Of a stretch of DNA of 20,000 nucleotides, positions 1-8,096 are shown piece after piece. The stretch's first letter is position 1; every line of letters starts with the position of its first letter. Under the pieces are notes generated by a model that saw only the letters and a program-made list of their open reading frames with translations, had not been told where the DNA came from and searched no databases. The translations under genes were made by a program, and so were the position numbers. Source of the stretch: an uncultured virus (IMG/VR IMGVR_UViG_3300037692_000302) (lineage: Duplodnaviria; Heunggongvirae; Uroviricota; Caudoviricetes); IMG/VR virus record IMGVR_UViG_3300037692_000302. One strand, 5' to 3'.

Positions 1-405
1 GGCCGTCGGTGGATTCCCGGGAAGGGCCTGCACGCCTGGGAGCAGCCGACCGAGCGGCAGATCAAGGCCCGCATGCTGGCCCGTCGCAACGCCCGTAAGG
101 ACGCGTGCCGGTGCCCGCTGGACGACGAGTGGCGCCCGTTCGCCCCGGTCTTCGACCCGTACATGTGTGAGGCGTCCGACTGTCACGGCTACCGCTCGGA
201 GGAAGACCCGTTCGGCGGGGGCTCGTACTCGCGGTCGGTGCACACGCCGAGCGCCGAAGTCTTCCGCGTGTGCACGTGCGGCTGGCGGACGACCGTGTGG
301 CACGTGGACGACGGGTCGGCGGAGGAAGAGCTCCACGGCCACGTGACCCGCGAGCACGGCGGCGTCTATCCGGGCCTCGCTGTTGAGGCGGGTGCGTCCC
401 GATGA
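1..405 (+). CDS. Hypothetical phage protein, 5'-truncated, with a C-terminal Cys/His (CTC...H...H) putative zinc finger
   Basis: Frame 1 is open from base 1 (GRRWIPGKGLHAWEQPTERQIKARMLARR...), so the ATG at 73 is probably internal; stop overlaps the next ATG (ATGA 402-405). Confidence 0.75.
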   Translation, partial: GRRWIPGKGLHAWEQPTERQIKARMLARRNARKDACRCPLDDEWRPFAPVFDPYMCEASDCHGYRSEEDPFGGGSYSRSVHTPSAEVFRVCTCGWRTTVWHVDDGSAEEELHGHVTREHGGVYPGLAVEAGASR

Positions 406-704
406 CCGTCCTCGTCTTCTTCTTCGCCGACCTGTCCGCACCCGCCGCCGTCCTCCTGGCGGTTGGTGCGACGGCGACCGTGTCCATTCCGGCGCTGCTC
501 CTCGCGGACGCGCACCGCTCGGATTTCCCCCGCTTGTGGCAGGCGGCCGTGGATGCGCGCCACACCTTCGACCGGGCGCTCATGTCCGGTCTGCGGTGGG
601 CGGATGCCGTGGTCGTGGATGTCCGGCTTGCTCTGCGTGATGCCGCCTTGTCGGGCGCCGCGCTCCTCGCTCTTCTCTTCCCTGCCGCTGGAGGCACCCG
701 ATGA
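402..704 (+). CDS. Hypothetical membrane protein
   Basis: Hydrophobic N- and C-terminal segments; ATGA overlaps at both ends. Confidence 0.7.
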   Translation: MTVLVFFFADLSAPAAVLLAVGATATVSIPALLLADAHRSDFPRLWQAAVDARHTFDRALMSGLRWADAVVVDVRLALRDAALSGAALLALLFPAAGGTR

Positions 705-1132
705 TCCACTCGAACAAGCCGGACCTGTCCTACGAGATCGGCGCCAACCACCTCCACGGCGTACTCCGCGCCGACCAGATCCGGACGGACACCCTCGTCC
801 AGCTGGTCCACCACTGGCGTGAGCCGAAGGACCGGGACGCGATCCTCGCCGCTCTCGATGAGCTGGCCGACGTCGTCCACTCCGTCCGCCGGGAAGGCGA
901 GCTGGACGCGGCGCTGGAGAACATCGAGGACGTTGCCGGGATGGAGACGGCGCACATCGAGGTCGGCTCGCACGATGTCCGCCGTCTCCTCGCGGAGCTG
1001 ACGGAGGTGGCGCGGGTTGTCGGCCGGTTCTCGAAGAGTGCGTCGGACATCAAGTACCCGGCGATGCGCGCGACCCGCAAGCACTTCGCCGAGCACCCGC
1101 TGCCCGGCCAGCGTCAGGCAGGTGCGGCATGA
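701..1132 (+). CDS. Hypothetical phage protein (helical)
   Basis: GGAGG RBS upstream, GC3-rich codons, ATGA coupling on both sides. Confidence 0.8.
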   Translation: MIHSNKPDLSYEIGANHLHGVLRADQIRTDTLVQLVHHWREPKDRDAILAALDELADVVHSVRREGELDAALENIEDVAGMETAHIEVGSHDVRRLLAELTEVARVVGRFSKSASDIKYPAMRATRKHFAEHPLPGQRQAGAA

Positions 1133-1671
1133 CCGACGCCCGCGCCCGTATCCACGCGATGTTCCCCCTCGACAGGGCTTCCGAGCGGGAACTCGACATC
1201 CGGCTCGACGCCTACCGCGCTGAGGTGCTTGTCACTGACGGGCAGGCGTACGACGGGGAACTGGCCATGCTGCGCGGCTTGGTCCGTACCCTCCGCGTCG
1301 TCGTGCGCCCCGACGACCCGGATGTGGCTGAGGTGCAACGCCTCCTGATCGAGCACGCCCGCGACGAGACGGCCGCCCGCGCCGAGGAGAAGGCCACCGC
1401 TTCGGCGGCGACGGCCACTCCCGACTTCTTCCAGGCGGGCCACACCTACCGCCGCGACGAGGACGGCACTCTCACCCACCCCTTCGTATGGGTCTTCGAA
1501 GTCCGCTCCATCGAGACCCACCCCGACGGCGCCCGGTACGCCTTCGGATTCCTCACCAGCAAGGGCGGCGGGAACTCGCTGGTGCCGCACTCCGAGTGGG
1601 AGAAGTCATGGCCTGACGGCTGGGCTTCGTCCGGCTGGACCGACATCACCGAGGGCGGCACCCATGACTGA
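1129..1671 (+). CDS. Hypothetical phage protein
   Basis: Coupled start, typical codon usage, 180 aa. Confidence 0.8.
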   Translation: MTDARARIHAMFPLDRASERELDIRLDAYRAEVLVTDGQAYDGELAMLRGLVRTLRVVVRPDDPDVAEVQRLLIEHARDETAARAEEKATASAATATPDFFQAGHTYRRDEDGTLTHPFVWVFEVRSIETHPDGARYAFGFLTSKGGGNSLVPHSEWEKSWPDGWASSGWTDITEGGTHD

Positions 1672-1900
1672 CGTCGAGCGCACCCGCCGCCGTGAACTCC
1701 TCGCCGAGATCCGACGCATCGGCGGCCACATCACCACCGGTGAGGCGCACCGCTTCTACCGCGCCACCGGCTACGGCCCGTGCCGCACCACCGCCCGCCG
1801 AGACCTCGCCTACTGGGCCCGGCGCGGACTCCTCACCCAGCGCGGCCCGGACGAGAAGCGCGCCTTCACCATCAACTACGCGAAGGACAACGCCCGATGA
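1664..1900 (+). CDS. Small winged helix-turn-helix DNA-binding protein
   Basis: RRELLAEIRR...ITTGEAHRFY...RTTARRDLAYWARRGLL resembles the DeoR-type wHTH pattern (T.RRDL..L...GLL). Confidence 0.65.
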   Translation: MTDVERTRRRELLAEIRRIGGHITTGEAHRFYRATGYGPCRTTARRDLAYWARRGLLTQRGPDEKRAFTINYAKDNAR

Positions 1901-2784
1901 CCGAGGCCACCAACCCCACCAGCAGGCTCACCGACCAGCAGCTGAAGGTGCTGTTCTCCGAGCTGCACAACTCCCGCGTAGGGCAGAACCAGAAGGGTTT
2001 CTCCCACGTCCAGCAGTGGGACGTACGCCGCTTCCTGATCCGCGTGTTCGGGTTCGGCGGCTACGACACCGAGCTGCTCTCGATCGACTGCGTCAAGGAA
2101 ATCGAGATCAAGAACGGCGACCGCTCGCGGTGGACAGTGGTCTACCGCGTCCACCAGCGGCTCACCGTGAAGGACATCGCGGGCCGGCCGATCGCCACCT
2201 TCGACGGTGTCGCCACCGGCGACTCGCAGAATCAGCCCTCCCTCGGCGACGCCCACGACGGTGCCGTGAAGGAGGCCGACTCGCAGTCGCTGAAGCGCGC
2301 GGCCGTGAACCTCGGTGATGCCTTCGGGCTCAGCCTCTACAACGGCGGCAAGACCAGCCCGGTCGTCCTGTGGTCGGTCGCGCACCCACACCTCACCATC
2401 AGGGGCCCGGTCGCCGGGCAGGACGAGGCCAAGCCGGAGGACCCGCCCGTCGAGGGCGAGCCAGACGCCAAGCCGGATACCCCCGCGCCGGACCCGACGC
2501 CCCCGGCTGCCGCGTCCGCCCCGCCGCAGGAGCAGAAGCCGCCCGCGCCGGCCGCCGTGCCGGACCCGCCGCAGCAGCAGCGCCCCGGCGCCATGCCCGC
2601 CGCCGTCACCGACGCCGAGCGACAGTCCGCCCTCGAATCCATGTGGGCCGCCGCGCGCGACGCGCAGTTCGAGGCTGGTCTGCCCGCGCAGTTCGTCGGC
2701 TCCTTCGGCCACCCCATCGAGGAGGGGACCGCCTCCGAGTTCCGCCAGGCCGCCTCGCTCATGCGCGGCTCGGCCGCCGCCTGA
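1897..2784 (+). CDS. Rad52/Rad22-family (Sak-like) single-strand annealing protein with Pro/Ala-rich linker and small C-terminal domain
   Basis: Motifs FSHVQQWDVRRFLIRVFGFGG and AVKEADSQSLKRAAVNLGDAFGLSLY match the Rad52 fold pattern; start placed at ATG 1897 (ATGA overlap) rather than 1780. Confidence 0.85.
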   Translation: MTEATNPTSRLTDQQLKVLFSELHNSRVGQNQKGFSHVQQWDVRRFLIRVFGFGGYDTELLSIDCVKEIEIKNGDRSRWTVVYRVHQRLTVKDIAGRPIATFDGVATGDSQNQPSLGDAHDGAVKEADSQSLKRAAVNLGDAFGLSLYNGGKTSPVVLWSVAHPHLTIRGPVAGQDEAKPEDPPVEGEPDAKPDTPAPDPTPPAAASAPPQEQKPPAPAAVPDPPQQQRPGAMPAAVTDAERQSALESMWAAARDAQFEAGLPAQFVGSFGHPIEEGTASEFRQAASLMRGSAAA

Positions 2785-2798
2785 CCGCCGCACGACTT

Positions 2799-2824
2799 GG
2801 GCCGCCCCGCAGTCGGGGCGGCCC
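2799..2824 (+). promoter_or_regulatory. Perfect 11-bp GC-rich stem-loop just upstream of an RBS
   Basis: GGGCCGCCCCG-cagt-CGGGGCGGCCC, then AAGGAG (2830-2835) and ATG 2842; no U-tract. Confidence 0.6.
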
Positions 2825-2841
2825 GCCCCAAGGAGTAGCAC

Positions 2842-3369
2842 ATGAGCCTCAAGGACGCCGCGGAACGAGCCGCGGTCCTCGACACCCTGCACAAGGCCAT
2901 CGGCGAGGAGCTGAAGGCCGCCAAGCGGGATCTGGAAGCCGGGCTGCGCGCCGCGAAGGCGGAGACCGGCACCCAGAAGGTCGCCATCAGTCTCGACGGC
3001 CGGCAGGACATCGGCACCGCCAGCCTTGTCCAGCCCGCCGCCGTCGCGACCGTCACTGAGCCGGAGAAGTTCAAGGCGTGGGTGCTGGAGCACTTCGCCG
3101 GCGAGATCAAGCGGGAGTTCGTCACGTCGGTGCAGCCCGCGTTCCAGAAGAAGCTTCTCGATCAGGTTGGTGCGGCCGGGGTGGCGCAGTGGGCTGATCC
3201 GGAGACCGGCGAGATCCACGCTGTGCCTGGTGTTGAGATGCAGGGCCGGGCGGCGTATACGCGGATGACGGTGCCGGATGCCGGGAAGCAGGCGATCGCG
3301 GCAGCGTGGCAGTCGGGCGCTCTCTCGCACGTGGTGCTCCCGCAGCTCGGCGGGGGTGGTGCCGAATGA
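2842..3369 (+). CDS. Hypothetical protein in the recombination module (N-terminal coiled coil; possibly Gam/Gp157-like)
   Basis: Strong AAGGAG RBS; helical N-terminus, 'DPETGEI' motif common in phage proteins; family assignment is weak inference. Confidence 0.75.
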   Translation: MSLKDAAERAAVLDTLHKAIGEELKAAKRDLEAGLRAAKAETGTQKVAISLDGRQDIGTASLVQPAAVATVTEPEKFKAWVLEHFAGEIKREFVTSVQPAFQKKLLDQVGAAGVAQWADPETGEIHAVPGVEMQGRAAYTRMTVPDAGKQAIAAAWQSGALSHVVLPQLGGGGAE

Positions 3370-3848
3370 CCCCGCGCATCGTCCCCGCTGGCGAGCGATA
3401 CGGCCGCCTCGTCGTCACCGTCCAGCGCAACCCCTGCGAGCCCCGCGTGCAGTGCCGCTGCGACTGCGGCAAGGAGCACTCCCTCCTGCTCGGGCAGTGG
3501 GGCAAGTCGAAGTCTTGCGGATGTCTGAGGTCCGAGATCCTCCTCGCCCGCCACACCCGGCACGGCATGGCCGGCACCCGCATCTACGACATCTGGACGC
3601 AGATGGTCCAGCGCTGCCACAACTCCCGGAACGCGCGCTACGCCGACTACGGCGGCCGCGGCATCCGGGTGTGCGATCAGTGGCGGGACTTCGCGAACTT
3701 CTACGCCGATATGGGCGAGCGCCCGGCGGGACGCTCGCTGGACCGCATCAACAACGATCTCGGCTACTCGCCGGACAACTGCCGCTGGGCCACCACCACT
3801 GAACAGCGGCACAACCGCCGCGACACCGCAAAGGCGGCGACCAAGTGA
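3366..3848 (+). CDS. Free-standing HNH-type homing endonuclease with N-terminal CxCxC...SCGC zinc-binding region
   Basis: GERYGRLVV...CRCDCG...KSCGC and YGGRGIRVCDQW..F..FYADMGERPAGRSLDRINNDLGYSPDNCRWAT..EQ..NRR, a common phage HNH-like signature; start ATG 3366 overlaps upstream stop. Confidence 0.85.
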   Translation: MTPRIVPAGERYGRLVVTVQRNPCEPRVQCRCDCGKEHSLLLGQWGKSKSCGCLRSEILLARHTRHGMAGTRIYDIWTQMVQRCHNSRNARYADYGGRGIRVCDQWRDFANFYADMGERPAGRSLDRINNDLGYSPDNCRWATTTEQRHNRRDTAKAATK

Positions 3849-4567
3849 AGTACCTGGACTCCCGGCGCCTTGCGTGGGACTTCGAGACCACCTCGACGGA
3901 CCCGACCGAGGCGCGCATTGTCACCGCCGCCCTCGTCGGCCGCGGCGGCGCATCCCCGGAAAACGTGCAGACGTGGACCATCAACCCCGGCGTACCGATC
4001 CCGCCGGAGACCACAGCTATCCATGGCATTGACGACGCGAAGGCGCAGGCTGAGGGCGTCGAGCCGAAGGCCGCGCTGGAAGAACTCGCCGAGACGATGG
4101 CCCGTGCCATCCGGTACGGCATGCCGCTTGTCGCGTTCAACACCGCCTACGACTGGAGCGTCCTGCACTACGAGCTGGTGCGGCACGGGCTGCCGACGAT
4201 GCTGGACCGGCTCGGCTGCCAGCCGTACTCGCTGATCGACCCGCTGGTTTTGGACAAGCAGGCCGACAAGTACCGCAAGGGCTCTCGCAAGTTGCAGGCG
4301 GTCGCCGCGCACTACGGCGTGCACTTGGAGAACTGGCACGAGGCGAAGGCCGACGCGATCGCCGCGCTCGGTATCGCTGATGCGCTGTTCGAGCAGCACC
4401 CGCGGCTCGCCGCGTACGACGCGCAGCGGCTGTTCCTGGCTCAGCAGACGTGGCGTGAGGAGCAGCAGGCGGGGTTGCAGGCGCACTTCCGGAAGAGGGA
4501 CCCGGAGGCGTACTGCGCGCCGGAGTGGCCGCTGGTCCCGGCGAAGCGCGCGGGCGGTGCGTCATGA
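3845..4567 (+). CDS. DEDDh 3'-5' exonuclease (DnaQ/Pol III epsilon-like)
   Basis: ExoI WDFETT, 'AIHGI', ExoII AFNTAYD, ExoIII HEAKADA. Confidence 0.92.
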   Translation: MKYLDSRRLAWDFETTSTDPTEARIVTAALVGRGGASPENVQTWTINPGVPIPPETTAIHGIDDAKAQAEGVEPKAALEELAETMARAIRYGMPLVAFNTAYDWSVLHYELVRHGLPTMLDRLGCQPYSLIDPLVLDKQADKYRKGSRKLQAVAAHYGVHLENWHEAKADAIAALGIADALFEQHPRLAAYDAQRLFLAQQTWREEQQAGLQAHFRKRDPEAYCAPEWPLVPAKRAGGAS

Positions 4568-4869
4568 GGCCTTCCCGCCGACGTCTCACCGAGCAGGGCA
4601 CCGACCTTGCCGCCCGCAACGAACGCCTCCGCACCGAACGTGACGACGCACGCAGGAACGCGCACGCCTGCGCCAGCCAACTGGAGCGCGTCGCAGCCGA
4701 ACTGTCCACGGCGAAGGACGTGATCGCGTCGCACATCGTGGCGGCCGGCCATCCCTCGACGGTGTTGCAGTCCCCGCAGGAGTTCGCGGGGTCGCTGTGC
4801 CAGTCGCTGGCTGACGCGGGTGTGGACCTGCGGATCGAGCTGGCCCGGCTGGAAGGGGTCGAGCTGTGA
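4564..4869 (+). CDS. Hypothetical coiled-coil protein
   Basis: ATG 4564 overlaps upstream stop; heptad-like LAARNERLRTERDD...LERVAAEL. Confidence 0.7.
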   Translation: MRPSRRRLTEQGTDLAARNERLRTERDDARRNAHACASQLERVAAELSTAKDVIASHIVAAGHPSTVLQSPQEFAGSLCQSLADAGVDLRIELARLEGVEL

Positions 4870-5078
4870 ACGACAGCGTCCGTGCCGGGATCGCCGTCCT
4901 CACCGCGGTGTCCGTCGGCATCGTCCTGACCGCCCGCTGGTGGAACACCCCGGTCCGCGAGACCGGCCCGTACGCCGACGGTCACCCCACCGTCGAAACG
5001 CCCCTCGTCGACCTGATGGGCGAGTGGGAGCCCGTGTACGGGATCGCGCTGGAGCAGGCGCGGAGGGCTGCGCCATGA
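4866..5078 (+). CDS. Small hypothetical membrane-anchored protein
   Basis: GTGA coupling; one hydrophobic helix GIAVLTAVSVGIVLTA. Confidence 0.65.
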   Translation: MNDSVRAGIAVLTAVSVGIVLTARWWNTPVRETGPYADGHPTVETPLVDLMGEWEPVYGIALEQARRAAP

Positions 5079-5443
5079 GCACCCTGACTGCGTTCCTCAC
5101 CGTCGCCGCGGTGCTCGCCGTGTCGCTGCCTGCCGCGTACTGGCAGATCCGGCGGGCTCAGCGGGCCGAGTCGGAGCGGGACCGGTTCATCCGCGAGGCA
5201 TGCACTCCGGGCCTGGACGTGTGGGACGACAACCTCCGCCGGTGGATCACCCTGCCGCCCGGCGTGAAGCCGAGCTTGGGCCAGTACACGGACCGCGAGG
5301 TCACCTCGCTCGACCGGCTCGAACTCGCCTGGGATGCGCCCGCGTACGGCGAGACCGCCGTCGACCCGGCATGGGCCGCCGGCCTGGAACGCCTGCGGGA
5401 CGCCGTCCGCGACCACCACACCAACACACCCGAGGGGGACTGA
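5075..5443 (+). CDS. Hypothetical protein with N-terminal transmembrane helix
   Basis: GGAGG RBS, ATG 5075 overlaps upstream stop; MSTLTAFLTVAAVLAVSLPAAYW. Confidence 0.7.
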   Translation: MSTLTAFLTVAAVLAVSLPAAYWQIRRAQRAESERDRFIREACTPGLDVWDDNLRRWITLPPGVKPSLGQYTDREVTSLDRLELAWDAPAYGETAVDPAWAAGLERLRDAVRDHHTNTPEGD

Positions 5444-5446
5444 CTC

Positions 5447-5854
5447 ATGGGCTACACCACCTGCGTCGACGGCGAGTTCGCCATCGAACCGCCGCTCACC
5501 TGGAACGAAATCAAGGCCAGCCCGTTCGAGCCCGTCGGCCGCGGCAAGTACGGCGCCGTCGGCATCGACCTCGATCTACGCGTCGAGGAAGCCTCCGTTG
5601 ACACCGACGAGGGCACCCTCGTCCGCCGCACCGGAACCGCCCTGGCGATGCGGGAGATCGACGAGTACCGCGCCCGCAACCTCGTCGAGCAGGTACAGAG
5701 CTGTATCGACCTCTTCCCCGGACACGCGTTCACCGGCCGCCTCGACTGTGAGGGCGAGGAGAACACGGACATGTGGCGGGTCGTCGTCCGCGACGGCCGC
5801 GCTGTGAAGGTCACCCCGCGCATCGTCTGGCCTGACGAGGACGGTGCAGCGTGA
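5447..5854 (+). CDS. Hypothetical phage protein (resembles DUF6205 family)
   Basis: GAGGGGG RBS; N-terminus MGYTT.VDGEF.IEPPLTW.EIK and GEE..DMWRVVVRDG recalled as an actinophage DUF6205-like pattern, not verified. Confidence 0.7.
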   Translation: MGYTTCVDGEFAIEPPLTWNEIKASPFEPVGRGKYGAVGIDLDLRVEEASVDTDEGTLVRRTGTALAMREIDEYRARNLVEQVQSCIDLFPGHAFTGRLDCEGEENTDMWRVVVRDGRAVKVTPRIVWPDEDGAA

Positions 5855-6402
5855 CCGCCTCCCTGCTCGGCTGCGACATCCCGGCCACCATCATCTGCGC
5901 CGACGTCGCAACAGGCCCAGCCCAACCCGCCATCACCATCACCGTCCACGGACTCCCTGCACCCCAGGGCTCGAAGCGTCACCTCGGCAACGGCGTCATG
6001 GTCGAGTCGTCGAAGAAGGTCAAGCCGTGGCGGACCGACGTCAAGCACGCCGCCCTCGCCATCGTCGAAGCCCTGCCCGACTGGACGGTCCTCGACGGGC
6101 CGCTCGCCGTCGCCATGACGTTCACCTTCGACCGACCCAAGGGGCACTACCGGACCGGCCGCAACGCCCACCTGCTGCGCGATGCGGCGCCCACCCGGCC
6201 GGCCGGGACGCCGGATCTTTCCAAGCTTGTCCGGTCTACGGAGGACGCGTTGACCGGCGTCATCTGGAAGGACGACGCCCGGGTCGTTGAATACGTGCGG
6301 CTCGGGAAGTGGTACGCGGGGACCGACGCCGACGACGTGCTGACGGTGCCGGGTTGTGTCGTCCACGTCTGGCCGCTCAACGAGGCGGTGAACGTGCGAT
6401 GA
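5851..6402 (+). CDS. rusA: RusA-family Holliday junction resolvase
   Basis: ITVHGLPAPQGSK...KVKPWR...PDLSKLVRSTEDALTGVIWKDDARV, an actinophage RusA pattern. Confidence 0.85.
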   Translation: MTASLLGCDIPATIICADVATGPAQPAITITVHGLPAPQGSKRHLGNGVMVESSKKVKPWRTDVKHAALAIVEALPDWTVLDGPLAVAMTFTFDRPKGHYRTGRNAHLLRDAAPTRPAGTPDLSKLVRSTEDALTGVIWKDDARVVEYVRLGKWYAGTDADDVLTVPGCVVHVWPLNEAVNVR

Positions 6403-7091
6403 CCATCGGATCCGCGCACGGCCTCACCACCCCACGAGCCGCCGACTGGCGAGACGCATCCAACTGTCGCGGCGAGGACCCGGCCCTGTTCTTCCCTCAG
6501 GGCGACTCCGGGCCCTGGCTCCTGCGCATCGAGCAGGCCAAAGCCATCTGCCGGGCCTGCCCCGTCGCCGAAGCCTGCGCCCAGTGGGCCCTCAACAGCC
6601 GCGAGAACTACGGCATCTTCGGCGGCTTCACCGAACAGGAACGGGCCAGCATCCGGCGCGCGAAGACACGCCGCCGCATCAGCCCCGAAGAAGCCGCCAA
6701 GAAAGCCGAGCAGGCCAGGCAGGCCCAGCCCCGCACCATGCAGTCCATCCACGACGCCAGCACCGTCCGCCTCTACGGCGGACACCTCGCCTGGGTCGGG
6801 CCGAAGAGAGTCCATTTCAAAGGGCAGCAGTTCACGCCGAAGCAGTTCTGCTTCGCCCTCGACCGCGGCCGCAGCCCCGACGGCCCCGTCCGCTCCGAGT
6901 GCGGCATCGACGAATGCGTGCTCGCCGCGCATCTCGCGGACACGGCGGAGCGGTCTCGGTGCGGCACAAGGTACGGCTACGACCTGCATCTGAAAGCCGG
7001 TGAGCCGACGTGTGATCGGTGCCGTCGCGCGAACGCGGACGCGGACAACCGGCTCCGCTGGACCGGCACCACGAAGGCGGTGGCGGCATGA
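6399..7091 (+). CDS. WhiB-family Fe-S transcription regulator fused to a degenerate HNH-like domain and a C-terminal CGT..GY..H...GE..C..C zinc module
   Basis: WRDASNC...LFFP...AKAICRACPVAEAC...YGIFGGFTEQER (4 Cys WhiB signature); start ATG 6399. Confidence 0.88.
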   Translation: MTIGSAHGLTTPRAADWRDASNCRGEDPALFFPQGDSGPWLLRIEQAKAICRACPVAEACAQWALNSRENYGIFGGFTEQERASIRRAKTRRRISPEEAAKKAEQARQAQPRTMQSIHDASTVRLYGGHLAWVGPKRVHFKGQQFTPKQFCFALDRGRSPDGPVRSECGIDECVLAAHLADTAERSRCGTRYGYDLHLKAGEPTCDRCRRANADADNRLRWTGTTKAVAA

Positions 7092-7681
7092 CCCGTATCC
7101 CCGCAGCCTTCCCGAAAAACCTCGAACCCGCCGGCCAGTGGGTGCACCAGGCCGCTTGCCTCGGCCGCCGGGACGACATGTTCCCTGACAACAGTGAAAC
7201 CGGAATCGCGAACGCGAAGCGGATCTGTAAGCCGTGTCCGGTCTGGCGCGAATGCCTGGCCGACGCGATCCGGACCGGCGACAACGAGCACGGCATCCGC
7301 GGCGGACTGAAGCCGTGCGAACGCCGCGACCTGGCCCGGAAGATGGCGCTCGACGCCGGGGAGCCGGCCGTCGAGGAACCGTCGGCCGCGCGGACTCTCG
7401 AAACCCTGTGGGGTGAGAACACGGCTGCCGGTGACGGGCATCTCGCCTGGACGGGCGGCAACCCCGTCTACCTGAACAACCGTGTGTACACGCCGAAGCG
7501 GGTTGCTTTCTGGGTGGACCGGGGGCGGGTTCCGATCGGTTCGGTGCGTGCAACATGCCGGGTCGACGGGTGTGTGCTGCCCGCGCATCTCACTGATCGG
7601 CGGGAACGGGAGCAGCAGCGGGAGGCCGAGCGCCTCGCCGCTGAGCGGGCGGAAGCGCAGCGGATGGCGGCCGCCTCGTGA
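7088..7681 (+). CDS. Second WhiB-family regulator fused to a degenerate HNH-like domain
   Basis: WVHQAAC...MFP...AKRICKPCPVWREC...HGIRGGLKPCER; start ATG 7088. Confidence 0.85.
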   Translation: MTRIPAAFPKNLEPAGQWVHQAACLGRRDDMFPDNSETGIANAKRICKPCPVWRECLADAIRTGDNEHGIRGGLKPCERRDLARKMALDAGEPAVEEPSAARTLETLWGENTAAGDGHLAWTGGNPVYLNNRVYTPKRVAFWVDRGRVPIGSVRATCRVDGCVLPAHLTDRREREQQREAERLAAERAEAQRMAAAS

Positions 7682-7896
7682 CCGGGGAGGACGCGGGCCC
7701 GGACCCGCCGCCGCTCTTGGACTGGCGGGACGCCAAGCACTGGTCGTGGACGGCGAAGCAGTGCCGTTACTGTCCCGGGCTCACCAATCTTCGCGACAGC
7801 AAAGGAAAGCCTGCGCATAAAACGTGTGCAGAGACCGCCCTCGCACAGCAGGCCGCAGAAGCAGCCGACGCCTACCAGACGGGACATCTCGGATGA
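7678..7896 (+). CDS. Small putative zinc-finger protein (CRYC...HKTC)
   Basis: GTGA coupling; CxxC-x15-HxxC-like ligand set. Confidence 0.7.
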   Translation: MTGEDAGPDPPPLLDWRDAKHWSWTAKQCRYCPGLTNLRDSKGKPAHKTCAETALAQQAAEAADAYQTGHLG

Positions 7897-8033
7897 AGCA
7901 CCTCGCGACTGGCCTGATCTTCGGGGCCGCCGCAGTCGGCATCACCTACGCGGCGGGGGCGAGCTGGCTGCTGACCGTCGTGGTCGGCTGCTCGGTCGCC
8001 GCCCTCGTCTGCGCCCTACTCGACCGCCTCTAA
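7893..8033 (+). CDS. 46-aa membrane protein with two predicted TM segments
   Basis: ATG 7893 overlaps upstream stop; MKHLATGLIFGAAAVGITYAAGASWLLTVVVGCSVAALVCALLDRL. Confidence 0.6.
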   Translation: MKHLATGLIFGAAAVGITYAAGASWLLTVVVGCSVAALVCALLDRL

Positions 8034-8045
8034 CCAAACCAACGA

Positions 8046-8074
8046 GCGCCCCGTCACCCGAATTGACGGGGCGC
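8046..8074 (+). promoter_or_regulatory. Perfect 11-bp stem-loop upstream of the vWA gene RBS
   Basis: GCGCCCCGTCA-cccgaat-TGACGGGGCGC, then AAGGAG (8083-8088) and ATG 8097. Confidence 0.6.
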
Positions 8075-8096
8075 CCAACCCCAAGGAGAACACCCC

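Noticed and set aside
2420..2610. Pro/Ala-rich repeat-like DNA in the SSAP gene
   Set aside because: Low-complexity protein linker with no discrete repeat unit
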